From: Eubacteriales bacterium
GTDB lineage: Bacteria; Bacillota; Clostridia; Oscillospirales; CAG-272
Assembly (NCBI GenBank): GCA_045586995.1
Contig: JAZNBI010000129.1
Span: 1 to 47,230 of the forward strand
Direction of reading: 5' to 3'
Length of the DNA stretch: 47,230 nt
Of the stretch, positions 37,310-46,014 are shown one piece after another. Under the pieces are notes generated by a model. The model did not search any database. It saw only the letters and a program-made list of their open reading frames with translations, and had not been told where the DNA came from. Position 1 is the stretch's first letter. The number at the start of each line of letters is the position of its first letter. The position numbers were made by a program, and so were the translations under genes.

Positions 37310-38209
37310 ATGAAAAAAACGGATATTGAAAAAACACATATTTTTTCTGGAATAGCGACAGCTATAATAACGCCTTTTAAAGAAGGAAAAATAGATTATA
37401 CAAGCTTTGAAAAACTAATTCTGCGTCAGATAAACGGAGGAATTGACGCATTGGTTATATCGGGTACAACAGGAGAGGCGCCCGTGCTTGATGACAGCGA
37501 GCATTATGAAATGATAAAATTTGCTATCGATTGTTCGGAGCATAAAATACCGATCATTGCGGGATGCGGAAGCAACGATACTTCTCACACTATAAAGCTT
37601 GCTCAAAATGCTTCCAAAGTAGGATGTGACGGTTTATTGATTGTTACTCCGTATTACAATAAAACAAACCCCGAGGGGCTTGTCAAAACCTTTTCCGAAA
37701 TTGAGAATAATACAAATAGTCCTATAATTATCTATAATGTTCCATCCAGAACCGGAATGTCTGTTCCTGTTGAGGTTTATATCGAACTTTCTCATCACAA
37801 GCAAATCGTTGCGGTAAAGGAATCAAGCGGAAATACGACCGAATCCTTAAAAATATTATCGCACGCGCCAAATCTTGATATATACACCGGAAATGATGAA
37901 AACATACTTCCCATGCTCTCTATCGGAGCTCGCGGAAGCATATCGGTAATATCAAATCTACTTCCCACAGAAATTCATAATTTATGGGAGCATTTTCAGA
38001 CGGGAGAAATCGCTAAAAGCCGCGATTTACAAACTAAGCTATATCCACTTATATCCTTACTGTTTTCAGAGGTCAATCCGATTCCCGTAAAGACAGCATT
38101 GGCAAAAATGGGGCTTTGCGAGGAAGAATTCCGCCTGCCGTTGTACAATATGAATAAGGCAAAAAAAGCTTTGCTTTTCAGAGAAATGAAAAAATTTTCA
38201 CTTATATAA
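37310..38209 (+). CDS. dapA: 4-hydroxy-tetrahydrodipicolinate synthase
   Basis: GTTGE motif, YYNK and the Schiff-base Lys in VAVKESSG; 299 aa. Confidence 0.93.
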   Translation: MKKTDIEKTHIFSGIATAIITPFKEGKIDYTSFEKLILRQINGGIDALVISGTTGEAPVLDDSEHYEMIKFAIDCSEHKIPIIAGCGSNDTSHTIKLAQNASKVGCDGLLIVTPYYNKTNPEGLVKTFSEIENNTNSPIIIYNVPSRTGMSVPVEVYIELSHHKQIVAVKESSGNTTESLKILSHAPNLDIYTGNDENILPMLSIGARGSISVISNLLPTEIHNLWEHFQTGEIAKSRDLQTKLYPLISLLFSEVNPIPVKTALAKMGLCEEEFRLPLYNMNKAKKALLFREMKKFSLI

Positions 38210-38244
38210 ACACATCCTCTCCGAAAATTCGGAGAGGATGTGTT
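38209..38244 (+). terminator. Intrinsic terminator of dapA
   Basis: Perfect 17-bp stem AACACATCCTCTCCGAA / TTCGGAGAGGATGTGTT with a 2-nt apex, followed by a T/A-rich tract. Confidence 0.8.
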
Positions 38245-38287
38245 TATATAAAAATTTTAATATATTGAAAATTTTATGTATTTGATG

Positions 38288-38316
38288 TTGCAAAATGTAA
38301 TGTTTTGCAGTACAAT
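38288..38316 (+). promoter_or_regulatory. Sigma-A promoter candidate with an embedded 7-bp inverted repeat
   Basis: TTGCAA (38288-38293), a 17-nt spacer, then TACAAT (38311-38316). The spacer carries TGCAAAA-N7-TTTTGCA (38289-38309). Confidence 0.5.
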
Positions 38317-38356
38317 ATACTTGTTATATTTACATGAATTTTCGGAGATAATTATA

Positions 38357-38785
38357 ATGTTTAATAATTCTTTGTTAAAAAAACTCACCTTTAAAACATC
38401 ATTTCTTTTTACTGCTTTAACTTTTTTATATGCTTTCATTATGATAGTAACCTACAATGACCAATCAGAAATATATTTATCAGCACTGAAAATAGCTATG
38501 TTTTTGCCATTTTCCTTTTTTTGCGTTATAGCATTGGAAATTATAAATTCTCAAAAACTCGCTTTTTGGAAAAGATTTTGCATTAATGAAATAATAATAC
38601 TGATTAATTTTTATTTTTTTATTTACAGACCAAGCGCAAAAGAGTTGTCCGAAGGAACAGCCCTCGTTGTTGTAATTGCGTTTATGGCTGTTTATACTAT
38701 AGGACTTTTTATGTATACGCTAATAAAAAAACGTCTTTCAAGTGCATCTTGTGATAAAAATTATCAAAATGTGTATAAAAAATAA
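38357..38785 (+). CDS. Hypothetical 4-TM membrane protein
   Basis: Start taken at MFNNSLLKK (ATG 38357, GGAGA Shine-Dalgarno). Four hydrophobic segments and no recognisable catalytic motif. Confidence 0.6.
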   Translation: MFNNSLLKKLTFKTSFLFTALTFLYAFIMIVTYNDQSEIYLSALKIAMFLPFSFFCVIALEIINSQKLAFWKRFCINEIIILINFYFFIYRPSAKELSEGTALVVVIAFMAVYTIGLFMYTLIKKRLSSASCDKNYQNVYKK

Positions 38786-38833
38786 AAATTATATTATTCA
38801 AGCATTTTCGACATTCGAAAGGATACAATATAA

Positions 38834-39667
38834 ATGAACCGCAACGAAAATAAAACTTTGATGTGTTTGATTGTGGCTATAATCGCACTTTCCCTGCTGT
38901 GTATTTGTACCGCAACCGCGCTTTTAATAAGAAGAAATACGCAAAATCCCCCGGTTGATGATTTAACAACACCGGTTCAAAATCCCCCGCCAAGCATTCC
39001 CGCATCAAGCCCGAAGCTTGAGCAAACCGCCGATGCGGGCGACTCTTATATCAAGAAAATCACATTTTTTGGCGAGTCAACGACCTATGGACTGCAAGCT
39101 TACGGCGTTCTTCCTGACGGCAAGGCAACAAAACAGGTTTGGACAGGCGCAAAGTTAAGCAACGGAGTTGCTGCAACCGCCGGTACAATAACTCTCGACT
39201 CAAAGATTTTAAACACTATGATATTTTACCCGGACACAGCCGAGCAAATGACGTTGCCCGAAGCGTTAAAAAAGAAAAATCCCGAGATTTTGATTGTAAC
39301 TATCGGACTCAATAACGGCGTATCATACTTTGAAGAGGATGAATTTAAGCTTTGCTATGAAAAATTGGTTTCCGGAATTATTGAAGCATCTCCCGACACA
39401 AAGCTCATACTTCAATCTATTTTCCCTGTTTCTTCTAATTGCGAAATAAAATCTTTTACAAACGAACGCATTGATATTCGCAACGGTTGGATTCTTGATA
39501 TTGCCACAAAATACAACGTCAAATATCTTGATACAAATTCATATTTAAAAAACGAAAGTGGATTTCTTCCCTCTAATTTTCAAAACGGCGACGGAATCCA
39601 TTTGAGTGAAGCCGGATTGCTTAAGGTTCTTGAATACATTAAGACTCACGCATATCCGGGTACATAA
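38834..39667 (+). CDS. Membrane-anchored SGNH/GDSL-family hydrolase
   Basis: N-terminal TM anchor and Pro-rich linker. SGNH blocks: FFGESTT (block I, GES instead of GDS), TIGLNNG (block III), GDGIHLS (block V, D-x-x-H). Confidence 0.75.
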   Translation: MNRNENKTLMCLIVAIIALSLLCICTATALLIRRNTQNPPVDDLTTPVQNPPPSIPASSPKLEQTADAGDSYIKKITFFGESTTYGLQAYGVLPDGKATKQVWTGAKLSNGVAATAGTITLDSKILNTMIFYPDTAEQMTLPEALKKKNPEILIVTIGLNNGVSYFEEDEFKLCYEKLVSGIIEASPDTKLILQSIFPVSSNCEIKSFTNERIDIRNGWILDIATKYNVKYLDTNSYLKNESGFLPSNFQNGDGIHLSEAGLLKVLEYIKTHAYPGT

Positions 39668-39685
39668 ATCGAAAGGATAAAACGA

Positions 39686-40171
39686 ATGAAAATATTAAAA
39701 AGTGCTATATCTTTACTCATTTTTATATCTGTTTTGTTTACTGTAACCGCGTGTCAAAGTTATCGTTCCGACCTGTCACCGGCCGATATAAACAACGAAA
39801 TAAAAACTTCTGTTGGCTTCACCGGAGTTGTCGGAGATGACGACTATTTGTCTTATTATTTTGAAAATGCTTCGAAGCTTTCCGAAAGCGCTCTTATTGT
39901 TTTTGACACAGAATCGACATCAAAAAGCGAATACGGAATTTTTAAGGTTTCAAATTCTTCGAACGCATCAAAGGTTGAGGCGGATATAAAAGACTACATT
40001 TCAAAAATGAACGAGCGTTTTAAAGCAGCCGTTCAGTATACCCCCCAAGAATACACCAAGTTCGAAAGTGCCAGGACAAAGATATTCGGGAATTACGTTG
40101 TATACGCAATTCTAAACGAATCTGAAATCAATTCACTTTTTGCAGCGCTTGACGTTTGCTTAACCAAATAA
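39686..40171 (+). CDS. Putative lipoprotein (DUF4358-like)
   Basis: Signal peptide with lipobox FTVTAC (Cys23). The family assignment is from memory of similar Clostridia lipoproteins and is not verifiable here. Confidence 0.55.
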   Translation: MKILKSAISLLIFISVLFTVTACQSYRSDLSPADINNEIKTSVGFTGVVGDDDYLSYYFENASKLSESALIVFDTESTSKSEYGIFKVSNSSNASKVEADIKDYISKMNERFKAAVQYTPQEYTKFESARTKIFGNYVVYAILNESEINSLFAALDVCLTK

Positions 40172-40177
40172 AAAATC

Positions 40178-40215
40178 AAAAGCACTTCAAAATAAATATT
40201 TTGAGGTGCTTTTTT
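40178..40215 (+). terminator. Intrinsic terminator after the lipoprotein gene
   Basis: AAAAGCACTTCAAAATA pairs with TATTTTGAGGTGCTTTT and is followed by a T-run. Confidence 0.8.
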
Positions 40216-40320
40216 AAAAATCAAATAAAATTCTCTTAGAGTTCTTGTAAAAAGCAAACTATAATGATATAATGAAATAAATTTTTAGTTGTCTTATAAA
40301 AAAGCAAAGGAATTTAAAAA

Positions 40321-40767
40321 ATGAAGAAAAGAAAAAACAGACCAAAAGAAAAAACTCCGTTTGGCGAAAAGTTTTCGGAGTTAAAAAGTACAACATCACA
40401 GTTTAATTGGAAGTTACTCCTTATACTTGCATTAAATACAATAATATTTTGCGGATTATACTATTACATTATAAATTATTTACCCAATTATTCCGGTACT
40501 ATTATGATTATCTATGCTATATCCCTTTCCGCTATGATAATTGCATATTTTGTATACAATAAAGGAATTTTGAAAAAGCACATAACCGAAGATATGTTAC
40601 CTTCGGAATGGTCTTTTGAAGAGAAAACAGAATATATCAGACAAATCAAGCAAAGGGCAAAAAACTCAAAATGGATGCTTACGATAATTTTCCCCCTTAT
40701 TATAACCTTTGCCATAGACATTATAAATCTATTTTTACTTGACAGCTTCAAAAATATTTTTTCTTAA
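40321..40767 (+). CDS. Hypothetical membrane protein (3 predicted TM segments)
   Basis: Basic N-terminus (MKKRKNRPKEK) and three hydrophobic segments. No recognisable family. Confidence 0.55.
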   Translation: MKKRKNRPKEKTPFGEKFSELKSTTSQFNWKLLLILALNTIIFCGLYYYIINYLPNYSGTIMIIYAISLSAMIIAYFVYNKGILKKHITEDMLPSEWSFEEKTEYIRQIKQRAKNSKWMLTIIFPLIITFAIDIINLFLLDSFKNIFS

Positions 40768-40779
40768 CTCGGGTGAAAA

Positions 40780-41562
40780 ATGAACACTTATTCAATATGC
40801 TCTCTTTATTCCGGATCGAGCGGTAATTCTACATATATCGACACAGGAGAAGCGCGGATATTAATTGATGCGGGTAAATCCGCAAAATCACTTTGCGCCG
40901 CTTTGGAATCAATCGGAAGTTCTATTAAAAACATTGATGCAATCTTTATCACTCACGAACACACCGACCACATCAGCGCTTTGAATGTGATTTCCAAAAA
41001 ATATGGTATTCCAATACATATTGCCGAGCTATCGGCATCAAAATTTTTAAATCAAGAATCCGCGGCTTTCCATTGTATAAAATCTCATTCGCCCATATTT
41101 ACGGAAAACATAAAAAACGCAACCGTTTCTTCATTTGTTACACCGCACGACAGTAATATGAGCGTAGGATACCGTATTGATATAAATTCGCATCAAGGAA
41201 AGATTTCTATAGGAATCGCAACAGATATAGGATATGTTAGTTCGGCAGTCAAATCAGCGCTTATCGGATGTGAAAGTGTTGTTTTGGAAAGCAACCACGA
41301 CATTGATATGCTGACCTTTGGTCCGTATCCAATAGAATTAAAGAAAAGAATTCTTTCGAAATTCGGACATCTTTCAAATGCGGATTGTGCCGTTTTTGCA
41401 CGCGAGCTTGTAAATAACGGTACAAAAAATATACTTCTTGCTCATTTAAGCGAAGAAAATAATACGCGCGAAATAGCGCTTAAAGAAACTACGGAAAGTA
41501 TTGACAACCATACTATAAATATAAGAGTTGCCGATCCTATCTCTCCTACCTTGCTAATATAA
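40780..41562 (+). CDS. MBL-fold metallo-hydrolase (YycJ/WalJ-like)
   Basis: THEHTDHISAL (the HxHxDH motif) plus downstream H and D ligands; 260 aa. Confidence 0.85.
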   Translation: MNTYSICSLYSGSSGNSTYIDTGEARILIDAGKSAKSLCAALESIGSSIKNIDAIFITHEHTDHISALNVISKKYGIPIHIAELSASKFLNQESAAFHCIKSHSPIFTENIKNATVSSFVTPHDSNMSVGYRIDINSHQGKISIGIATDIGYVSSAVKSALIGCESVVLESNHDIDMLTFGPYPIELKKRILSKFGHLSNADCAVFARELVNNGTKNILLAHLSEENNTREIALKETTESIDNHTINIRVADPISPTLLI

Positions 41563-41590
41563 CCGATTTTTTAATTTGGGGATTTAAAAA

Positions 41591-42370
41591 ATGAAAAATG
41601 CCGATAGCCGCGCTCGTATCTTCGAGGACGAGCGTATAGACTATGTAAACGAAAACATTTCACTTATACAAAAGAAAAACGGTCTTACTTTTGGGACTGA
41701 TGCTTATTTGCTCGCCGCATTCATAAAAAGCCGGCCAAATGCTCGAGCGTTAGAGTTGGGATGCGGAACTGGTATTATTTCGCTGCTTTGTGCCTCTCGA
41801 AATAAATTTAAGCACATTGACGCCATCGAAATACAACAAAGTTTTGCAGAACTTTCTCAACGGAATATAATTCTCAATAATCTCCAAGACAAAATAAATA
41901 TAATTTGCTCGGATGTACGTAATGTAAATATTCTCGATTTCGAGAAAGAATTTGATGTTGTGTTTACAAATCCTCCTTACATGAAAGCGGATTGCGGGAA
42001 AAGAAACAATTCAACCGAAAAATACATAGCTCGTCACGAGTGCTTTGGAGATATCACAGATTTTTTAAGTACATCCTACAAATTGCTTAAACACGGCGGA
42101 ACATTTTATTGTGTTTATCGGCCTGACCGTCTTTCAGACCTTATGTTTTCTATGAGAAGCAACAATTTAGAGCCCAAAGAAATGACGTTTGCATATCCGG
42201 ACACACAATCTCCCCCCGCTATCGTTCTGGTCAAAGCCAAAAAGGGGGCTTCGCCTTCTCTTATCATTTCCAAGCCGCTTATCATATACCAAAGTGATTC
42301 CTCTGTCACTCCCAGAATAATGACGGAACAAATGAAAGCTATATACGAAAGTTGTAATTTCGAAAACTAA
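41591..42370 (+). CDS. SAM-dependent methyltransferase, tRNA (adenine-N6)-methyltransferase (TrmN6/YfiC)-like
   Basis: SAM motif LELGCGTGI and N6-adenine motif FTNPPYMK. Confidence 0.8.
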   Translation: MKNADSRARIFEDERIDYVNENISLIQKKNGLTFGTDAYLLAAFIKSRPNARALELGCGTGIISLLCASRNKFKHIDAIEIQQSFAELSQRNIILNNLQDKINIICSDVRNVNILDFEKEFDVVFTNPPYMKADCGKRNNSTEKYIARHECFGDITDFLSTSYKLLKHGGTFYCVYRPDRLSDLMFSMRSNNLEPKEMTFAYPDTQSPPAIVLVKAKKGASPSLIISKPLIIYQSDSSVTPRIMTEQMKAIYESCNFEN

Positions 42371-42395
42371 TCAAAAAGGCAAAAGAGCTAAAACT

Positions 42396-43178
42396 ATGGA
42401 AGAAATAAAAAGAATATTAAGTTACACAAGACGCGCTGTTGATGATTATACAATGATAAAAAGCGGAGATAGAATAGCAATAGGTGTTTCCGGTGGTAAG
42501 GATTCCCTTACATTGCTTGCGGCGATGGCAGAGTTAAAACGCTTTTATCCGATTTCCTTTGAATTGCACGCGATTACAATCGATATGGGATTTGAAAATT
42601 CGGATTTTTCGAAGGTGGGGGATTTTTGTGAATTACTTGGAATCCAATATCATGTCGTCCCAACTCAAATATCAAAAATAATTTTCGACATTCGAAAAGA
42701 AAAAAATCCTTGCTCTCTTTGTGCAAGGATGCGCCGCGGTGCCTTGCATGACGCAGCGAAAGAGATCGGTTGCAATTCAATTGCATTAGGGCACCACTTT
42801 GATGATGTCGTTGAAACTTTTATGCTCAATCTCTTTTTTGAAGGGCGTCTTGGATGCTTTCGCCCTGTTACGTATTTATCCCGAAAGGATTTAACGTTGA
42901 TCCGTCCTTTGATTTATGCTCCCGAAAAATCTATACGCTATTTTGTTTCAAAAAACGATTTGCCTATTATAGAATCGCAGTGTAAGGCGGATAAAAACAC
43001 CCAGCGTGAAGAGATGAAGAAATTACTGTCATCGCTTGAGCGCAACAATAAAGGGCTTAGATATAGAATTTACGGTGCTATACAGCGCGGAGAGCTCGAC
43101 GGATTTAAATCGTTTGGCAGTATACCTTCATTTGAAAACAATATTTTTGAAGAAAGTGCGGATAATACGAATGAATAA
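42396..43178 (+). CDS. PP-loop ATPase, tRNA 2-thiocytidine biosynthesis TtcA-family protein
   Basis: PP-loop GVSGGKDS, CSLCARMRRG cysteine motif, GHHFDD. Confidence 0.85.
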   Translation: MEEIKRILSYTRRAVDDYTMIKSGDRIAIGVSGGKDSLTLLAAMAELKRFYPISFELHAITIDMGFENSDFSKVGDFCELLGIQYHVVPTQISKIIFDIRKEKNPCSLCARMRRGALHDAAKEIGCNSIALGHHFDDVVETFMLNLFFEGRLGCFRPVTYLSRKDLTLIRPLIYAPEKSIRYFVSKNDLPIIESQCKADKNTQREEMKKLLSSLERNNKGLRYRIYGAIQRGELDGFKSFGSIPSFENNIFEESADNTNE

Positions 43179-44055
43179 AAAGTTTTTTTCTTACAGCGCC
43201 ACAAAAACGCCCGAACTTAAAATGCGTCCTGCGCGTTCTAATAAAGGCACTTTCGGAAATGTTCTTATAATAGGCGGATCGCGCGGAATGAGCGGCGCAC
43301 CGTATTTTTCGGCTAAAGCGGCATATTTAATGGGTACGGGATTGGTAAGAATATATTCTCCGGAATATAACCGAAATATATTACAGACAATCTTACCCGA
43401 GGCATTGGTAGTGCCATACGATGAAGCGTCGCCTGATATATCAGCTTTGTCATATGCTATGAAAAAGTCGAACGCGATTGCGATAGGAATGGGATTGGGA
43501 AAATCAAAATCGGCAAAACAAATACTTGAATTTGTACTTTCGAACGCAAATTGCCCGTTACTGTTGGACGCCGACGCATTAAATATTATTTCCGAAAACA
43601 AATCCCTTTGGAATTATATAAATCCCGAACGCAAAACTGTCATAACGCCGCATGTTGGCGAAATGTCCAGACTTACAAACATATGCACAGAAAAAATTCT
43701 TGAAGATATTTCTTTTTATGCCGACGAATTTGCGCAAAAGCATAAAATAATTTGTTTGCTTAAGGACGAAAAAACTATTGTTTCAAATGGATATACCCCA
43801 TCCCCAACCTACCAAAATCAAAGTGGAAACAACGGTATGGCCACTGCAGGTGCCGGTGATGTACTCGACGGAATTATTATTTCCTTGATAGCTCAAGGAT
43901 ACGAAGAGTTTTTTGCGACGTGTGTCGGAGCATATATACATGGCGTTGCAGGAGATATTGCTTCAAGCGAGCTCTCGGAATTTTCCGTAACTGCCTCCGA
44001 TATAATGAATTCTATACCGCAAGCGATAAAAAAGCACATAAAAATTACAAGTTGA
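43171..44055 (+). CDS. nnrD: ADP-dependent NAD(P)H-hydrate dehydratase (stand-alone NnrD)
   Basis: KGTFGNVLIIGGS, LLDADALN, ITPHVGE and GMATAGAGDVLDG motifs. ATG 43171 overlaps the upstream stop by 8 nt; the track's 43036 start is an over-extension. Confidence 0.88.
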   Translation: MNKKFFSYSATKTPELKMRPARSNKGTFGNVLIIGGSRGMSGAPYFSAKAAYLMGTGLVRIYSPEYNRNILQTILPEALVVPYDEASPDISALSYAMKKSNAIAIGMGLGKSKSAKQILEFVLSNANCPLLLDADALNIISENKSLWNYINPERKTVITPHVGEMSRLTNICTEKILEDISFYADEFAQKHKIICLLKDEKTIVSNGYTPSPTYQNQSGNNGMATAGAGDVLDGIIISLIAQGYEEFFATCVGAYIHGVAGDIASSELSEFSVTASDIMNSIPQAIKKHIKITS

Positions 44056-44120
44056 ACATATTAAATATATAAACAATCTAACTGATAAAATTGCAACTTC
44101 TGTATAAATCAAAACAGGTA

Positions 44121-44149
44121 TTTACATTTTTTAGCATTTATGCTATAAT
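44121..44149 (+). promoter_or_regulatory. Sigma-A promoter candidate (extended -10)
   Basis: TTTACA (44121-44126), a 17-nt spacer, then TGCTATAAT (TATAAT at 44144-44149). Confidence 0.6.
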
Positions 44150-44150
44150 A

Positions 44151-44164
44151 CGAACAGATGTTAT
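44151..44164 (+). promoter_or_regulatory. Candidate LexA (Cheo/SOS) box overlapping the transcription start region
   Basis: CGAACAGATGTTAT matches 12/14 of CGAACRNRYGTTYC. It shares GAACA-ATGTT with the box in front of lexA and begins 2 nt after the -10 hexamer. Confidence 0.4.
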
Positions 44165-44238
44165 ATACACATTTGTGATATATCCATAATTTTGCTAAGA
44201 AAGGAAAATTCGCCAAGCGAATTTTTGGTAATCAAAAA

Positions 44239-44865
44239 ATGAATAATAAATTTGCAATTACAATTTCAAGACAATACGGAAGCGGCGGCAGAGAGATCGG
44301 CATAAAACTTGCCGAAATGCTCGGAATAAAATCTTATGACAAGGAGCTTATAGATATAGTTTCTCAAAAAAGCGGAATAGCAACAGATGTTCTTCATAAT
44401 GTAGACGAAAAAGCCGCCAACAGTCTTTTATACACTCTTGCCACAGGGTCTTCGTTATACAGTGCATCATCTTTCGGAGTTGACATTCCAATAAACGACA
44501 AGCTTTTTATAGCTCAATCCGGCATAATAAAAGAAATTGTTGAAAACGAATCCTGTCTTATCATAGGAAGGTGTGCCGATTATGTTCTTCGTAACAATCC
44601 GCAAGTTCTTAAATTTTTTATCTACGCTGATATTGATTCAAGAATCAACAGAATTTCCGCAAGCCAAAATATTTCCGTAAGCGAGGCAAAATCTCTCGTT
44701 GAATCAACCGACAAACGACGCTTGAACTACTATAATTTTTATACAGGGCGCAAATGGGGACGCTTCGAGCACTATGATGTTTCTATAAACAGTACCCTGT
44801 TCGGAATAGAAAAAACTGCTAAAATTTTATACGATATTGTTCAAACACGTATACAATCAAAATAA
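44239..44865 (+). CDS. Cytidylate kinase-like family protein (AAA/P-loop NMP-kinase fold)
   Basis: ITISRQYGSGGREIG N-terminal motif typical of the cytidylate-kinase-like family common in Clostridia and Bacteroidia. Confidence 0.8.
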   Translation: MNNKFAITISRQYGSGGREIGIKLAEMLGIKSYDKELIDIVSQKSGIATDVLHNVDEKAANSLLYTLATGSSLYSASSFGVDIPINDKLFIAQSGIIKEIVENESCLIIGRCADYVLRNNPQVLKFFIYADIDSRINRISASQNISVSEAKSLVESTDKRRLNYYNFYTGRKWGRFEHYDVSINSTLFGIEKTAKILYDIVQTRIQSK

Positions 44866-44900
44866 TATTTTAGTTTTTTTCGAAAATATGAAATTTTTTC

Positions 44901-44929
44901 TTGACAAAAGCCAATAGTTACCGTATTAT
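44901..44929 (+). promoter_or_regulatory. Sigma-A promoter candidate for rubredoxin
   Basis: TTGACA (44901-44906), a 17-nt spacer, then TATTAT (44924-44929). Confidence 0.55.
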
Positions 44930-44973
44930 GTATTGTAGTATATTTTATTGTTGACAAGGAGGATAATATTAAA

Positions 44974-45156
44974 ATGAAATATGCATGTGAACTCTGTGGA
45001 TACGAGTACAATCCAAAAGAAGGTGACCAGGACAACGGCATCGCAGAAGAAACAGATTTTGAGGACCTTCCCGCAGATTGGGTTTGTCCGCTTTGCGGGG
45101 CATCAAAAGACGATTTTGTTCCCGTAAAAGAAGATTCTGAAGAATCCGACGATTAA
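44974..45156 (+). CDS. Rubredoxin
   Basis: CELCGYEY...DWVCPLCG iron-binding Cys pairs and an acidic C-terminal tail. AAGGAGG Shine-Dalgarno upstream. Confidence 0.92.
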   Translation: MKYACELCGYEYNPKEGDQDNGIAEETDFEDLPADWVCPLCGASKDDFVPVKEDSEESDD

Positions 45157-45214
45157 AACTCTTTTATTTACAGAAAATTATTTTTTTTGATGTAGAAAAC
45201 ATCTCGTATAAAAA

Positions 45215-45260
45215 GGCGCGCTCTATAAAGAAGGTTTAAATCCTGACTTGTAGGCGCGCC
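45215..45260 (-). terminator. GC-rich hairpin; second (tandem) terminator downstream of lexA
   Basis: GGCGCGC(T)CTATAAAG pairs with CTTGTAGGCGCGCC around a 16-nt loop. On the minus strand it is followed by TTTTTAT. Confidence 0.55.
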
Positions 45261-45297
45261 TATAATGATGCTTGGACTTGCATATATCGCGCGAAAC

Positions 45298-45337
45298 AAA
45301 AAAGCTTACCATACTTTGGCGTATGATAAGCTTTTTT
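45298..45337. terminator. Bidirectional terminator between rubredoxin and lexA
   Basis: AAAAAAGCTTACCATAC-6 nt-GTATGATAAGCTTTTTT (one mismatch), with U-runs available on both strands. Confidence 0.8.
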
Positions 45338-45344
45338 GTTTTTA

Positions 45345-45947
45345 TCAATATGTTCTAAAACATGCAATAACCTTTCCTATAATTTCTACATTATTTGATA
45401 TAATAGGTTCAATATTGGGATTTTCCGGTTGCAACCTATACGAGCGATTTTCTTTAAAAAATCTTTTTACCGTTGCTTCGTTATCAATAATGGCAACTAC
45501 AATTTCTCCGTTTGAAGCGTAGTCACGTCGGTCAACGATAACCGTGTCTCCATCCATAATTCCCGCCCCTATCATACTTTGACCTTTGATTCGCAAAGCA
45601 AATAAATTTTTATAATCGTACTTTCTTGTATCCACCGAGAAATTTACGTATTCATCGAACGATTCCTCTGCAAGTATAGGTGTCCCTGCCGCAACAGTTC
45701 CAATAACAGGGATCTTATTCATAGATGCAGCGTTCGAATCATCAACCCAAAGAGCACGGCTTTTTCCACCTTCTCTTTTTATATATCCGCAATTTTCCAA
45801 TCGTCCGAGCGAAGCGTGGACGGTAGACGTGCTTTTAAAATCAAGTTCATTCATAATATCCCGAACACTTGGAGAGTATCCCTTTTCATTAATTGTGCTT
45901 ATTATATAATCAAGAACTCGTTTATCCTTTTCTGTTATTTTTACCAT
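45345..45947 (-). CDS. lexA: LexA repressor
   Basis: Winged-helix N-terminal domain, Ala-Gly cleavage site (VAAGTP), catalytic Ser (GQSM) and Lys (TVKRF). Confidence 0.96.
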   Translation of the reverse strand: MVKITEKDKRVLDYIISTINEKGYSPSVRDIMNELDFKSTSTVHASLGRLENCGYIKREGGKSRALWVDDSNAASMNKIPVIGTVAAGTPILAEESFDEYVNFSVDTRKYDYKNLFALRIKGQSMIGAGIMDGDTVIVDRRDYASNGEIVVAIIDNEATVKRFFKENRSYRLQPENPNIEPIISNNVEIIGKVIACFRTY

Positions 45948-46014
45948 TTTGTTACTCCTTTATCATAGTCAACATTAATCATTGTATTATTTTATCATAT
46001 TTTTTTTAAAAGTG

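Noticed and set aside
45265-45522. 85-aa plus-strand ORF between rubredoxin and lexA
   Set aside because: Its 5' part covers the terminator hairpins and its 3' part is antisense to the lexA catalytic domain. It has no Shine-Dalgarno.
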